Positions 62,633 through 64,000 of a stretch of 64,000 nucleotides of DNA are shown here, in pieces. Made by a program: the position numbers and the translations under genes. Origin of the DNA: Pocillopora damicornis. Lineage: Eukaryota. Position 1 is the stretch's first letter, and each line of letters starts with the position of its first letter. Where the stretch lies: positions 186,001-250,000 of the forward strand of contig NW_020846753.1 of assembly GCF_003704095.1 (NCBI RefSeq). The letters are read 5' to 3'. Below the pieces are notes generated by a model. That model was given only the letters and a program-made list of their open reading frames with translations, was not told the DNA's origin and searched no databases.

Positions 62633-63770
62633 ATGTCTTTCTATGGTCATGTGCTCCCTCTATACATCTTGGTTAATAATCTTCCCCACGTAAGCGCAAA
62701 GACGCCTCTTTACGTAGGAGCCTTATTTCCTCTGACGTCAGAACACAATGACGGATGGACAGGCGGTAATGGTATTTTACCAGCTGCGCAAATGGCGCTC
62801 GATGACGTGAATAGAGGCGGAGTATTAAAGGACTATGAGCTAAGAATGATTTGGAACGATACCAAAGTAAGGATTTCCTAAATTTGCTTTCGTTTGCACG
62901 TTATTTTTTTTGTTTTATTCTTTTCTAATTTTTTTCCTTTTTGATGCTGTTTTAATTTTTAATTTTTTTGTTTTTTTGAAGTTTGATAGCGTACTGATTC
63001 TCTTGGCAACATAAACGTTACTTAAAGCACAAAATAATAGGAACTTTGTTGCTTAATTTGCCTGGATGATGAAAGTACATCGCATTTCGAATGGTAGATA
63101 GAAAAGATGGATTCTGGCACATTTAAAAAAAAAAAAAAACTGAAGTATCCCCAATTTTTTTTTTACTGACACCACTCACTACCTTCCATAAGTCTTAACT
63201 TACTCCAATGTCTCACTTCACCGGAGTAAGCTAAGGCATGAGAGATAGTGAGTACTGTTAAAGAAAATTCCAGAAACTTCTGATTTTTTTTTTTTTGTTG
63301 TTGTTGAAAATTTGCCAGAACCCTTCTTTTCTATCTAAAAGAATCACGTTTACGCTATTTAAGAAGAAAAGAAAAGTAGGCGCAAGGTAAAATAAAATTT
63401 CGCTTTCCACGTTTGCAGTATCGTCGACTCCAATTCTATTTGGCTGAAGAACAAATCAGACCCATCAAAAATCTCACACGTCTGATTACATCATGAAGAT
63501 TTTAGACTTCGAACGTGTTAACCGACGTGAGAAAAACGTGTAGTACGTCTCCGCTAAGCAGCTCGCCCAAAAATACTCAGATCTTTAGAGAGTTATTGAT
63601 TTTTAACATGAGGTTATTAATTGCAGGGTTCACCTGGCTGGGCAGAACATATCCTTTTTGAATTTCTTCATAAAAAGCCTCGTAAAATCATGTTCCTTGG
63701 AGCTGGGTTCTCGTCGTGTAGCACGGTGGTTGCAGCTCTGGCTGGACTTGACCAATGGGCAATACCACAG
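62633..63770 (+). CDS. GABA-B receptor-like class C GPCR, 5' partial (Venus flytrap N-terminus)
   Basis: Exons 62633-62866 (signal + LYVGALFPL..GWTGG..LPAAQMALDDVN..VLKDYELRMIWNDTK) and 63627-63770 (PG..KIMFLG.G.SS.ST.VA...W.IPQ). The gene continues beyond the window. Confidence 0.82.
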
Positions 63771-64000
63771 GTATATCGTGGAGAAAATTATATTGTGAAT
63801 GAAATTGCTCCTTTATTCACGAAAGGTGACAGACAACTTGAAAATATCAGTGATGACATGATAAGCATGAAACATTTTTATGTCTAGTATATTAGTAGGA
63901 ATTTTCATTCTACAACGTTCTCGTAAGAGTTAATAGTTTTATTCGATCGCAGCTCAAATACAGCAACTGAAGTAACATGACACTAAAATCTTCCGAGCTA

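Overview
This is AT-rich, intron-containing animal genomic DNA with several assembly gaps. The gene content and repeats suggest a cnidarian, probably a stony coral (inference). I assembled all exons by hand from GT-AG sites, and each complete model keeps an open frame. (1) At 1.2-29.5 kb is a tandem family of four secreted proteins (A +, B -, C +, D +). Their architecture is signal peptide, a 12-Cys Ly6/uPAR (three-finger) domain with a Thr/Pro mucin stalk (absent in B), then 1-2 CUB domains. Six of the seven CUB domains carry a large Asp-rich loop at the same position. Each loop has one Cys, and most are followed by a basic or dibasic segment. (2) At 30.6-37.7 kb are three intronless, divergent class-A-like 7TM receptor paralogues; the middle one is disrupted. 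(3) At 40.2-43.4 kb is a secreted Glu/Ser/Gly 9-aa-repeat acidic protein full of S-x-E motifs. (4) At 45.1-54.1 kb is greatwall kinase (MASTL). (5) From 62.6 kb is the 5' part of a GABA-B-like class C GPCR. SINE-like, MITE-like and Penelope-like repeat fragments are scattered throughout. The best candidate for a novel system is the LU-mucin-CUB cluster with its disulfide-tethered poly-Asp loops. Together with the acidic repeat protein, it may be a skeletal organic matrix (biomineralization) locus.
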